Virus record (IMG/VR): IMGVR_UViG_2524614578_000001
Location: 1 to 64,000 of that record
DNA length: 64,000 nt
Strand: one strand, 5' to 3'
DNA from: a virus
Taxonomy: Duplodnaviria; Caudoviricetes
Part shown: piece after piece, positions 36,200 to 45,885 of the stretch
Position numbering within the stretch: the stretch's first letter is position 1
How the letters are laid out: each line of letters starts with the position of its first letter
Translations under genes and position numbers: made by a program
The notes under the pieces: model-generated
Told to the model about the DNA's origin: nothing
The model's input: the letters and a program-made list of their open reading frames with translations, nothing else
Databases searched by the model: none

Positions 36200-37747
36200 G
36201 TGACCACCGCGGTACGCCCGGCCCCCTACCTGGACGGGTTGGACGCTGAGACGTTCGACCTCAACGCCTACCTCGCCGGCTTCGATCAGCGGCTCCTTGC
36301 CGAGTCGGAAGGGCGGCACATCCTCACCCGCCTCGATCCGCTGCTGTTCAGCCTTCTCTACCTCCGGCACCACCTCAAGGATTCCGACGGGCACATCACC
36401 TTCTCCGATGCCCACTTGGACTGGTGCCGGGCCGCCCGCGACTGGGTCAAGCCGGTGATCGCGCCCGGTGTCGAGCGGGACGCCTGGGTCGCTCCGCGGA
36501 ACACCGGCAAGAGCACGTGGTGGTTCCTCATCCTCGTGCTGTGGGCTGCGGCTCACGGCCATGTGAAGTTCGTGGCTGCGTTCGCCAGTTCGGCGACACA
36601 GGCGGAGACGCACCTCGGCACGTTCAAGCGGGAGATCGACACCAACCCGGTGCTGCGGCGGGACTGGCCCGAGTTGTGCGCGCCGGCGAAGCGGCCGTCA
36701 GGGGCGAACGTTGGCGACACCCAGAACATCTACATCGCCCGCTCCGGCTTCGTGTTCGCCGCGAAGGGCATCGACTCCAGCTCCCTCGGCATGAAGGTCG
36801 GCGAGCAGCGACCCGACGTGATCCTCTTGGATGACGTCGAGCCGGACGAGTCGAGCTACAGCATCGACCTGGCGCGCAAGCGGCTCACCACGCTGCTCGA
36901 CTCGATCCTGCCGCTTAACGTGTACGCGAGGGTGGTGCTGTCCGGGACGGTGACGATGCCGGGCAGCATCGTGCACCAACTGGTGAAGCATGGCCGCGGC
37001 GTTGAGACCGCGGACTGGGTGCGTGAGGAGTCGTTCCGGGCGCACTACTCGGCGCCGATCGTGAAGCGCGACGACGGGACGGAGCGCAGCCTGTGGCCGG
37101 CGAAGTGGCCGCTCGCCTACCTCAAGTCGATCGAGCACACCAGGTCGTTCGCGAAGAACTACGCCAACGACCCGATGGGCGCCGACGGCGACCTGTGGAC
37201 CCCCGACGTGTACCGGTATCCGGGCCCCGAGGGGCCGGACGGCATCACGCACATGATGCTCAGCATCGACCCGGCGACGACCGCGAAGAAGGGCAGCGAC
37301 TTCACCGGTCTCGCGGTGGTGTCGTGGTCGGCGCAGCACAAGCGGTGCACCGTGTGGGACTCGACGGGGGTGAAGGTCCAGCCGGGCCCGCTGCTGCGGG
37401 AGCGGGTGTTGGCGATCCTCGACGAGCACCCGCAGATCGGCCTGGTGCTGGTGGAGATCAACCAGGGCGGCGACACGTGGCAGGCGATCCTCCACGACCT
37501 GCCGGTGCGGGTGAAGACGGTGACGCAGTCGGAGAACAAGTTCGTCCGCGCCGAGGGCGTGTTGCAGCTCTACCAGCGGGGTCGGGTTCTTCATGCCCGG
37601 AAGCTGCGGGAGTTGGAGGAGCAGCAGTGCGCGTTCCCGAAGGCGCCGCACGACGACCTTGTCGATGCCGTGGGTTCGGCGGTCCGTCGGTTCATCCCGA
37701 CCGCCCCGCGCAAGGTTTCTAAGGTGACGAGTCAGACTTACCTTTGA
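36200..37747 (+). CDS. terL: Terminase large subunit
   Basis: APRNTGKST Walker A, ILLDDVE Walker B, SIDPA...SDFTG, HDDLVDA nuclease motifs. Confidence 0.93.
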   Translation: MTTAVRPAPYLDGLDAETFDLNAYLAGFDQRLLAESEGRHILTRLDPLLFSLLYLRHHLKDSDGHITFSDAHLDWCRAARDWVKPVIAPGVERDAWVAPRNTGKSTWWFLILVLWAAAHGHVKFVAAFASSATQAETHLGTFKREIDTNPVLRRDWPELCAPAKRPSGANVGDTQNIYIARSGFVFAAKGIDSSSLGMKVGEQRPDVILLDDVEPDESSYSIDLARKRLTTLLDSILPLNVYARVVLSGTVTMPGSIVHQLVKHGRGVETADWVREESFRAHYSAPIVKRDDGTERSLWPAKWPLAYLKSIEHTRSFAKNYANDPMGADGDLWTPDVYRYPGPEGPDGITHMMLSIDPATTAKKGSDFTGLAVVSWSAQHKRCTVWDSTGVKVQPGPLLRERVLAILDEHPQIGLVLVEINQGGDTWQAILHDLPVRVKTVTQSENKFVRAEGVLQLYQRGRVLHARKLRELEEQQCAFPKAPHDDLVDAVGSAVRRFIPTAPRKVSKVTSQTYL

Positions 37748-37793
37748 TTTGAAGGTCAATCGCTATGATGGCCTTGACGAAAGGTGGGCGGCT

Positions 37794-39335
37794 GTGTCAG
37801 TAGAAGACCTGATGGACGGCATCGCCGAACTCGACGACGCCCGGCCCGAGTATCGGCAAGCGCAACGCATGTACGACGGCACCGTCCCCGAGGTCTTCGC
37901 CTCCTCCCGCATTCGCGCCCGCCTCGACGCCGAAGGCGTCGACTTCCGCCTGAATTTTGCGAGGACCCCTGTCGATGCGGTGATCGACCGGCTGGAGATC
38001 GCCGCTATCACCGCCGATGACGACGAGGCGAACCAGGCCATCACCGACGTGTGGAACGCGAACCAGCTCGACCTGGAAGCCCCCGACATCCACCGCAAGG
38101 CATGTTCGCTGGGCGACGCCTACGTCATCGCTCTGCCGATCGAAGACGACGACGGCACCGTGTCCGGCATCGAGATCCACTACAACTCGCCGCTCACCGT
38201 CCGTGCGATCTACTCCGCGGAGAACCCGCGCGAGGTCGACTACTACATCAAGCGCTGGTGCCAGCGCACATCACTCGGCGACGTGCAGCGCGCCGAGCTG
38301 TACTACCTGGACGGCACCATCGAACGGTGGACCACGAAGGTCGGCTCGAAGGGCGAACAGGCGCAGGAGTGGGGCCACTGGCTCGCCGCGCCCGACGAAG
38401 GGGAGGCCGAGGACAAGGAGTCGTGGCGGTACGACACCGGCTGGGGCGAGCCGCCCGTCTTCCACTTCCGCACCGACCGGCCCTATGGGGCGCCGGAGCA
38501 CCGCGGCGCGTACGGCCCGCAGAACGCGATCAACAAGCTCAGCGCAACCCACATGGGCACCGTCGACTACCAGGGCTTCCCGCAGCGTTGGGCACTGACC
38601 GAGGCCGCCACCACCGACACCGGCGACCTGGACCCCGGCGACTGGGACGACCTCGACGACAGCCCGGCCGATGAAGGCGACCCCTCCTCGTTGAAGGCCG
38701 GCCCCGGTGAACTGCTGACGCTGCGCGGCATCCGTGCAACGGGCCAGTACGAGGCGGCCAAGCCCGATATCTTCCTCGACCCGATCACCTTCTATATCCG
38801 GGCAATGGCGCAGATCACCACCACTCCGGTCACGATGTTCGACGACCAGACCGGCCAGGAGATATCCGGCGAGAGCAGGCGCCAGAAGGACGCCCAGTTC
38901 GTCAAGAAGATCCGCAACCGACAGCTCAGCTTCGGCGGCACATGGCGCCACCTGTTCACCTTCGTCTTGAAGCGGCTCGGCTTCGAGGCCGCCGTCGTCG
39001 ATGTGCGGTGGGCGCCCCCGGCCACCGTCGAGGACAAGACGGGCTGGGAGACCACGGCCCTCAAGATTGCGAACGGGGTGCCCCGTCGCCAGGCGCTGCT
39101 GGAGGCTGGCTATCGGGACGAGCAGGTCGACGAGTGGCTGTCCGACGTCGACGAGGCTGAACTCGCCCGCCGTGTCGCGGTGCTGGCCGCGCTCGCCGAC
39201 TCTGCGCAGAAGCTATCCGCCGCTGCGGCGCTGGGAGTCGTCACCACCGACCAGGTGCAGAGCCTGCTGGGCGACGTGTTCGCCGACGTCGAGAACCTGG
39301 GCCCGGCCGGCGAGTTGGAGGCGTCGGATGCCTGA
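37794..39335 (+). CDS. Portal protein (SPP1 gp6-like)
   Basis: Follows terL; NFARTPVDAVIDRL, PVFHFR, QNAINK, FPQRW, SGES. Confidence 0.88.
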   Translation: MSVEDLMDGIAELDDARPEYRQAQRMYDGTVPEVFASSRIRARLDAEGVDFRLNFARTPVDAVIDRLEIAAITADDDEANQAITDVWNANQLDLEAPDIHRKACSLGDAYVIALPIEDDDGTVSGIEIHYNSPLTVRAIYSAENPREVDYYIKRWCQRTSLGDVQRAELYYLDGTIERWTTKVGSKGEQAQEWGHWLAAPDEGEAEDKESWRYDTGWGEPPVFHFRTDRPYGAPEHRGAYGPQNAINKLSATHMGTVDYQGFPQRWALTEAATTDTGDLDPGDWDDLDDSPADEGDPSSLKAGPGELLTLRGIRATGQYEAAKPDIFLDPITFYIRAMAQITTTPVTMFDDQTGQEISGESRRQKDAQFVKKIRNRQLSFGGTWRHLFTFVLKRLGFEAAVVDVRWAPPATVEDKTGWETTALKIANGVPRRQALLEAGYRDEQVDEWLSDVDEAELARRVAVLAALADSAQKLSAAAALGVVTTDQVQSLLGDVFADVENLGPAGELEASDA

Positions 39336-40338
39336 CCCGCAGCAGCTCGCCGAACTCGCACAGGGCGAGCACGTCGACGCTGTAGCTGCGCTGGAGCAGG
39401 CCACCACAGAAGCCGCTGTCGGTCAGACCGACGGACAGTTCGTCGCGCTGATCGAGAAGACATTGGCCGCTTGGGCGGCGCTGACTGCGGGCGCCGGTGC
39501 GGCGACAGTCTCTGCGGAGGCGCTGCGGCGCCTCCTGTCCGCTGTGCGGGCCGCTGTGCGCCGCATCCTCACCCCACTGGGTCCGCGTGCCCAACGCGCC
39601 CTGAACGGCGCTCTCGTAGACGCTGTGCGCCTCGGCGGGGACCAGCAGGCCGAGTTCTACCGCGAGGCCGCAGGGCGCCGCGCAGCCGCCCCCACGCCAT
39701 CCGTGACGCGAGCACTGCGGCAACTCGCCGACGGCATCGAGCAGACGGTCACCGACCGACGGGACCGGGCACTCGCCCTGCTGCACGTACGGCAGGCCCG
39801 CACCTGGGGCGACATCCTCACCGGCATCGGGGCGGCACGCTCCGCCGTCTCCGCCGTGCGTGCGCACGTCTCGTGGGTCATCGGGCAGGCCGTCAACGAC
39901 GGCATCGCTGCCGGGATCGCCGCAGTCGGGGCCCGTCGCCTGTGGGTCGCCGAACGGGACGCCTGCACCGGCTGCCTCGCCTACGCCGGCACCGTCGTCG
40001 ACGTTGGCGAGCCGTTCCCGGGCGGCCTCAACTTCGACCCCCGACAGCGCGACACCGACACGCCAGGCATCGACAGCCCGCCGCTGCACCCGCATTGCCG
40101 CTGCCGCTTGGTGGCGTGGCATGACCGGTGGGACCGCCAGGCGGACCCGCTGCCCGAAGTGCTGCGCGAGCAGGCGCTCGTGGCGGTAGCTGAAGGCGTC
40201 GGGCGACCGACAGAGTCCCGTGCCGCCCGCGTACGTGCAGCCGCGGCGCTACTGGCGTCCGGCGTCCACCTGCCCCCGGCAGCCCGCCGGGCGGCTCAAC
40301 AAGCGGCCCGCACGGGCCGCTTCCCGCAGACCGCGTAG
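39328..40338 (+). CDS. MuF-like head morphogenesis/minor capsid protein
   Basis: WVAERDACTGC...PPLHPHCRC. Confidence 0.8.
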   Translation: MPDPQQLAELAQGEHVDAVAALEQATTEAAVGQTDGQFVALIEKTLAAWAALTAGAGAATVSAEALRRLLSAVRAAVRRILTPLGPRAQRALNGALVDAVRLGGDQQAEFYREAAGRRAAAPTPSVTRALRQLADGIEQTVTDRRDRALALLHVRQARTWGDILTGIGAARSAVSAVRAHVSWVIGQAVNDGIAAGIAAVGARRLWVAERDACTGCLAYAGTVVDVGEPFPGGLNFDPRQRDTDTPGIDSPPLHPHCRCRLVAWHDRWDRQADPLPEVLREQALVAVAEGVGRPTESRAARVRAAAALLASGVHLPPAARRAAQQAARTGRFPQTA

Positions 40339-40386
40339 CCCGCGACGGGCCACGCGCCACCCGCAACCCCGAGATGGGAGCACCCG

Positions 40387-41208
40387 ATGAACAACAACAC
40401 CGACCTCACCGAACCGCAGCCCACCCCCCGCCGCACACTCAGCCTGCCGCCCGCCACCGTCCTCGGGTACGTGGGCGACCGCCCCGTCTACAACATCGCC
40501 GGTGGCGCCGACGACGACAGCGGCTTCGACGTCGACGACGGCCACAACAACGGCGAAGGGGGTGACGACGAGGGCGAGGACTCCGACTCCGGCTCCGAGA
40601 ACGACGGAGACGGCGGCGACGGCAAGGCTGAGGCGGAGAAGCCCAAGCCGAAACCGCCCGCCACCAAGCCCAAGCCCGCAGCCAAGGACGACGACAGCGG
40701 CAGCAGCGGCGACGGCGCAGACGAGTACACACCCCCGTCCGCCGCCGAGTGGAAGCGCACCCAGGCCGCGCTGAAGAAGGCCAACGAGGACGGCAAGCGG
40801 CACCGGCTCCGCAACCGCGAGCTCGAAGAAGCCGCCCGCTCCACCGAGTCCGACGCGGAGAAGGCCGTCCGTGAGGCCCGCGAGGAAGGCGAAGCCCGCT
40901 TCCGGAAGCCGCTCGTACGCGCCGCCGCACGGGCCGCGCTCGCCCAAGCCGGCCTCAACGGCGACACCGACCGCGTCCTCAAGCTCGTCGACCTCGACGG
41001 CCTGTCCGTCGACGACGACGGCGACGTCATCGGCCTCGACGCTGAGGTGAACAAGCTGAAGGACGAGTACCCGGAGTTCTTCCAGGTGCCGGCGAAGCCG
41101 AAGCCCAAGGTGCGCCCGACGGCGGCAGACCGGCAGCCCGCCAAGGAGAAGCCGAAGTCTTCGGCGGAGCAGCACGCTCAGAAGATTCTCAACCGCTTCG
41201 CCAGTTGA
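40387..41208 (+). CDS. Capsid scaffolding protein
   Basis: Acidic, coiled-coil; ANEDGKRHR, LKDEYPEFF; upstream of the capsid gene. Confidence 0.8.
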   Translation: MNNNTDLTEPQPTPRRTLSLPPATVLGYVGDRPVYNIAGGADDDSGFDVDDGHNNGEGGDDEGEDSDSGSENDGDGGDGKAEAEKPKPKPPATKPKPAAKDDDSGSSGDGADEYTPPSAAEWKRTQAALKKANEDGKRHRLRNRELEEAARSTESDAEKAVREAREEGEARFRKPLVRAAARAALAQAGLNGDTDRVLKLVDLDGLSVDDDGDVIGLDAEVNKLKDEYPEFFQVPAKPKPKVRPTAADRQPAKEKPKSSAEQHAQKILNRFAS

Positions 41209-41343
41209 CAGTCACAGGTATATTGAGCTTTAGACCTGCGATTCAGGGGATCTGAACCGCTCCGTGTCTTGCTTGCGAAGGCGCCCGTGATGGGGCCCGA
41301 GCCCACCAGCTAGCCCCATCACCGCCCGCAGGAGGGCACCCTC

Positions 41344-42261
41344 ATGGCCCGCAACACGTACGAGAACTGGATCCCTGAAGAGGACGGCTCCGAGGTCATC
41401 ACCCGGGTCGCCCAGATGTCCGCGGTTGAGGCGCTCGCCTCCCCGGAGCCGATGAACTCCAACAGCAAGAGCATTCCGCGGTCTGCGGGTGTCGGCGTGT
41501 CCGTCGTCGACAAGGGCGGGGCGTACTCCGAAGACGTCTCCACCAACGACGACATCACCCTGACGGCGAAGAAGCTGGGCAAGGCCATCCGCATCGCCGA
41601 GGAGGACATCGACGACTCGCTCGCCGACATCCTCGCGACGAAGCAGAAGGACTGGGCGACCAGCTACGCGAAGCTGATCGACAACGCCACCCTCGCCGTC
41701 TCCGCGGCCCCCGGCGCTGGCGTGCCTTTTGCGTCGGTCTACTACCAGCTCACCCAGGCCGACTCCGGTCTCGGCTACGGCGCCAACGACAACGTCACCG
41801 TCGCGGCGTCCGGAGGCGCCACCTACGACAACCTGTCCGACGTGCTCGGCACGGTTGAGGGCGGCGACTACTTCGACCCGGGCCGCATGGTCGTCATCGC
41901 TCACCCGTCCTTCCGCGGCGTGCTGCGCAAGACGAAGGACGACCAGAACCAGCCCATCTTCGTACGTGGCCAGCAGGGTGACTCCGGCTCCCCGGACACC
42001 CTGTTCGACCTGCCCGTGCACTGGTCGCTGGGCGCGAAGGTGTCCGCGACGGCGACGGACGCCCCGACGGGCAAGCCGCTGCTGGTCGTCGTGAACGCCG
42101 ACTTCCTGCGACTCGGCCGCCGGTCGGGCCCCGAGAGCATCTTCATCGACGGCCGTGACGGGCTGTCCGCCCTGACGGACGAGTCGATCCTGAAGATGCG
42201 CGCCCGCCGCGGATTCGCCCTCGGCCACCCGAAGGCCGCTGCCGTTCTGGTCGGCGCCTGA
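41344..42261 (+). CDS. Major capsid protein (HK97 fold)
   Basis: WIPEE, ITLTAKKLG..I.I.EE.IDDS, LRKTKDDQNQPIF; position. Confidence 0.9.
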   Translation: MARNTYENWIPEEDGSEVITRVAQMSAVEALASPEPMNSNSKSIPRSAGVGVSVVDKGGAYSEDVSTNDDITLTAKKLGKAIRIAEEDIDDSLADILATKQKDWATSYAKLIDNATLAVSAAPGAGVPFASVYYQLTQADSGLGYGANDNVTVAASGGATYDNLSDVLGTVEGGDYFDPGRMVVIAHPSFRGVLRKTKDDQNQPIFVRGQQGDSGSPDTLFDLPVHWSLGAKVSATATDAPTGKPLLVVVNADFLRLGRRSGPESIFIDGRDGLSALTDESILKMRARRGFALGHPKAAAVLVGA

Positions 42262-42650
42262 TGGCGACGACCCCCAAGAAGGCTGCCGAGAAGAAGCCGG
42301 AGGCGGAGGTCTCCCGACGTTCCGCCGACGGCTCCTCTGGCACACGCCACCTCAAGGTGTTCGTGGTCTCCGGCAGCTCCCCGCTGCCGGAGACGGACGG
42401 CCCGGAGCACGAGGACAACAAGGCCGCCTGCGCACAGGAGGCGATTCAGCGCGGCCTGCACCCGCGGGGCGAGCCGAAGCTTGACGGCGTCGAGGGCGGC
42501 GCCGATGGCTCCCGCGAGTTCACCTACTCCGTGTCGGTCGTCCCGGCATCCATGGACGCTGAGGCGCCGAAGACGACCACGCCGCGGGACATCGTCATGG
42601 ACGACGGCGCCCGCGCCCGCGAACTGTCCGGCAAGAAGGCGCAGGGCTGA
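42261..42650 (+). CDS. Hypothetical virion-associated protein
   Basis: Coupled to the capsid gene. Confidence 0.65.
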   Translation: MATTPKKAAEKKPEAEVSRRSADGSSGTRHLKVFVVSGSSPLPETDGPEHEDNKAACAQEAIQRGLHPRGEPKLDGVEGGADGSREFTYSVSVVPASMDAEAPKTTTPRDIVMDDGARARELSGKKAQG

Positions 42651-42653
42651 CGC

Positions 42654-43103
42654 ATGGTCGACGCTTGGGCGAGCACAGGGCAGGTCACCGACATCACGAC
42701 TGCCACGGTGACCGAGACTCAGCTTGTCCAGGCGCAGGCGTCGGTCGAGATGTTCTCGAACCGGATCTACGCCGACAGTGACCGCATCCGCCCCCGCGAT
42801 CTGTACTGGCTGCGGCTTGCCGTGGCCTACCAGGCGGCGTGGGAGGCCGGGCAGTTCGACCTGAACACCAGGCTGGACACCACCAGCGCGCAGCAGGACG
42901 GGGCGGTGGCGACGCTCGGAGACCGGGCGGTGATCCTCGGCCCGCGCGCCAAGCAGGCGTTGCAGCGGTGCTCGTGGATGCGGTCCCGCAGCGTGCACAT
43001 CCGCTCCGCGTTCGAGGCGGGCTCGGCGTACGGGCGGGACCCGCTCGTGGACTCGGAGGGCGACGAGCACCTGTGGCGGCCCATGTCCGGGGGTGGGTCG
43101 TGA
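42654..43103 (+). CDS. Head-tail adaptor
   Basis: Position and size. Confidence 0.65.
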   Translation: MVDAWASTGQVTDITTATVTETQLVQAQASVEMFSNRIYADSDRIRPRDLYWLRLAVAYQAAWEAGQFDLNTRLDTTSAQQDGAVATLGDRAVILGPRAKQALQRCSWMRSRSVHIRSAFEAGSAYGRDPLVDSEGDEHLWRPMSGGGS

Positions 43104-43453
43104 TCCTCGCAACGACCACCGTGTCCGTCCTCGGCGGCGACACCACGCGAGACGAGTTCGATGACGAAGTCGACGGCGCCACCGTGCTCGCCTCCGGCAT
43201 TCCGGCCGCGCTCGCCGAAGCCGCCAAGCAGATCTCCGAACCGGTGTCCGGGACGCCGCGGATCGTGCGCACGCACATCTGCCGGATCCAGCCCGGACTC
43301 CTTCCCGAGGGCCTCGTCATCGACGAGTCCCGCCGGATCCAAGACGAGCGGGCGAACGAGACGTACATCGTCACCGCCGCCAGTAAGAACGCCAACCCGG
43401 TCATGGCGCAGCCCCTGCGCTTCGACCTCAAACGCACAGGACCAGCCGCCTGA
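43100..43453 (+). CDS. Head closure/stopper protein
   Basis: Position; beta-rich pattern; GTGA coupling. Confidence 0.6.
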   Translation: MILATTTVSVLGGDTTRDEFDDEVDGATVLASGIPAALAEAAKQISEPVSGTPRIVRTHICRIQPGLLPEGLVIDESRRIQDERANETYIVTAASKNANPVMAQPLRFDLKRTGPAA

Positions 43454-43555
43454 CGGCTGCGATATAGCACCACCGCCCGACCGGCATCCCGGCCCGTAAA
43501 CGGCCAGCCGCCAGGGCGAACAGCAGGCCCGCCGACGTAGAGGAGGTGCAGGGCG

Positions 43556-43930
43556 ATGACAGTGACGTTCACGATGCGCGTGAACCCCGGCTGGCAACGC
43601 AACCTGCACGCCGAGGTCGAGCGGTACATGGAGCGGCTCGCGACGGTCATCCAGGCCGACGCCCAGCGCATGGCGCCCGTAGCAACTGGCCGCCTTCGCG
43701 GCTCGATCTACAAGGAAGCCTCGGGACTGACGGCCCGCGTCGGCGTCCGCGGCGTCAACTACTGGATGGCGCAGGAGTACGGCGCCGGGCCGCACATCAT
43801 CCGGCCCGTGAACAAGAAGGCGTTGGCCTGGCCCGGCGGCCGGCATCCGGTCGCCGTCGTCAACCACCCCGGCAACCCGGCTCGCCCGTTCCTTCGGCCC
43901 GCCCTCTACACCCGTCGGGGGGCGCTGTGA
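43556..43930 (+). CDS. HK97 gp10-like neck protein
   Basis: APVATGRLRGSI, EYG, HPG..ARPFLRPAL. Confidence 0.85.
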   Translation: MTVTFTMRVNPGWQRNLHAEVERYMERLATVIQADAQRMAPVATGRLRGSIYKEASGLTARVGVRGVNYWMAQEYGAGPHIIRPVNKKALAWPGGRHPVAVVNHPGNPARPFLRPALYTRRGAL

Positions 43931-44394
43931 CGACCGTCGTGAAGCGCGCCAACACCGAACTCGTAGCCGTCGCTTGGCTGCGCTCGCTGGACGGAATCGA
44001 GCCAGGGCAGGTCGCCACGACCCTCCCGTCGAAGACTGCGGACTGGGCGGAGAACGGGTTCCTCCAGGTGACCCCCGGCATCGGCGGCAGCATGCAGTTG
44101 CACTACGCGCTGCGGGAGCCCGTCGTGCAGGTTGAGGCGTACGCCGCCCGCCTGGACTCCGGCAAGCCGCCGTGGAATGTGGCCGCTTCGCTGATGGAGG
44201 CCGTCGTCGCCGGCACGTACGACGAGGCGAACTTGCAGCGCACCCTCACCCTGCCCGGCGCCTTCCCCGCAGCCCGCGTGCTGACCGCCCACTTTGTGTC
44301 GGAGCCGCGGCGGATGCCTGACGACGTCGCCTCATACGCCCGCTACGTGGCGGACCTCGCCCTCCACTGGATCTCTCTTGAAGGAGCGTCATGA
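43927..44394 (+). CDS. Tail terminator protein
   Basis: Position before the major tail gene; PVVQVEAYA. Confidence 0.65.
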   Translation: MTTVVKRANTELVAVAWLRSLDGIEPGQVATTLPSKTADWAENGFLQVTPGIGGSMQLHYALREPVVQVEAYAARLDSGKPPWNVAASLMEAVVAGTYDEANLQRTLTLPGAFPAARVLTAHFVSEPRRMPDDVASYARYVADLALHWISLEGAS

Positions 44395-44591
44395 CCCACC
44401 GCGTCCGCACCACGATGCAGCCCGACCGAGAGATCGAGCTGAGCGACGCCGACTACGCATCCCTGAAGGCGCAGGGACTCCTCATCGAGGAGGACCGCAA
44501 GAAGGCCGCCCCTGAAGAACTGTCCACTCCTGCCGCCGCACCGGCCCCGTCTCCCTCCAACGGCAAGCGCAGTAGCGACAAGGAGTCCTGA
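44391..44591 (+). CDS. Small hypothetical protein
   Basis: Coupled ORF. Confidence 0.6.
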   Translation: MTHRVRTTMQPDREIELSDADYASLKAQGLLIEEDRKKAAPEELSTPAAAPAPSPSNGKRSSDKES

Positions 44592-44592
44592 C

Positions 44593-45153
44593 ATGCCGGT
44601 GAACACCAACAACCTGATCATGGGTCCGGCGACCCTCTACATCGCGGACTTCGGGACTGCCGAGCCGGCAGACACCGCGGTCAACGACACCCCGGCCGCG
44701 TCGGCTTGGACCGACCTGGGCGGCACGCAGGACGGCGTGAAGCTGACGGTCGACCAGACCTACAGCAATCTGGAGGTCGACCAGATCGTCGACGTCCCTG
44801 GCGCGCGACTGACCAGCCGCATGTTCACCATCGAGACGAACCTCGCCGAACCGACGCTGGCCAACCTCAAGTACCTGCTGAACGACGGCACGAGCGCAAG
44901 CGGCTCCGGCTTCGACTCCTTCGAGCCGGTGTACGCGGACTCCGCGACGCAGCCCACCTACCGCTGCATCCTCCTGGACGGCTGGGGCGAGAACCAGATG
45001 CGCCGCCGGATCATCATCCGCAAGTGCCTCAGCAACGACAAGGTCGAGTCCACCTACAAGAAGGACTCGCAGACGCTCTACACCGTCAAGTGGGGCGGCT
45101 TCTACGTGGCCGCGAACATCGCGCCCTTCAAGATGATCAACGCCAAGAGCTGA
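44593..45153 (+). CDS. Major tail tube protein
   Basis: GPATLY, WTDLGGTQDGV, LAEPTLANL. Confidence 0.85.
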   Translation: MPVNTNNLIMGPATLYIADFGTAEPADTAVNDTPAASAWTDLGGTQDGVKLTVDQTYSNLEVDQIVDVPGARLTSRMFTIETNLAEPTLANLKYLLNDGTSASGSGFDSFEPVYADSATQPTYRCILLDGWGENQMRRRIIIRKCLSNDKVESTYKKDSQTLYTVKWGGFYVAANIAPFKMINAKS

Positions 45154-45166
45154 ACGGACACCACCC

Positions 45167-45604
45167 ATGGCTACCTCAACCCGCACACGCAAGCCCGCCA
45201 CCAAGCCGGCCGAGGACGCCGGGACCGAACAGGCCCCGGCCGTCCCCGACTTCACCACCAGCACCCCCAAGCCGAAGAAAGACGAACGCAAGCCGCTGTT
45301 CTCCATCGACGGCGAAACGTTCACCGTGCCCAAGGTCATCGGCCAGCGCATCACCTACCTCGGCCTGGAACGCATGCGGAAGGACGGCGCCCTCCTGTCG
45401 TCCATGTACCTGATGGAACTCCTCCTTGGCCCCGAACAGCACGCCAAGCTCATGTCGCTGTATGAGGCCGAGCGCATCACCGAGGAGCAGTTCGACCAGA
45501 TCGCCGGCCTCATCTCGGACATCTTCTTCAAGCGCGCCAACGCCGTGGAGAACCCCGAAGAGGGAAAAGGCGAGGGCTCGGCCTCCACCTCGACCACCTC
45601 CTAG
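45167..45604 (+). CDS. Tail assembly chaperone (short form)
   Basis: Between the major tail and tape measure genes; slippery G GGA AAA near its end. Confidence 0.85.
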   Translation: MATSTRTRKPATKPAEDAGTEQAPAVPDFTTSTPKPKKDERKPLFSIDGETFTVPKVIGQRITYLGLERMRKDGALLSSMYLMELLLGPEQHAKLMSLYEAERITEEQFDQIAGLISDIFFKRANAVENPEEGKGEGSASTSTTS

Positions 45605-45882
45605 ACCAACTCACCGCCCACTCCTGGATCACGGACCACGCCGACGACATCGACTCCGACTGGCTCGCGATCTACGGCATCGACCTCGAAGAACAGGAGA
45701 TCCCCGCCCGCCGCTTCCTCACCCGAACCGTCCGGCTCCCCGCCTACCAAGGCGCCATCGCTATCCGTGTGGCGGCCGAGCAGGAAGAGCAGGCACCCCA
45801 GCCCTCAGACGGCGGCGAAGAACTCACCGTCGAGCAGATGAACTTGATGGTCCCCGGCCTGATCGAAACCGTGGAGGTGTAG
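45167..45882 (+). CDS. Tail assembly chaperone, -1 frameshift long form
   Basis: GGGAAAA at 45562-45568; the -1 frame is open to TAG 45882 (DIDSDWLAIYGIDL...RLPAYQGA). Confidence 0.85.
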
Positions 45883-45885
45883 TCG

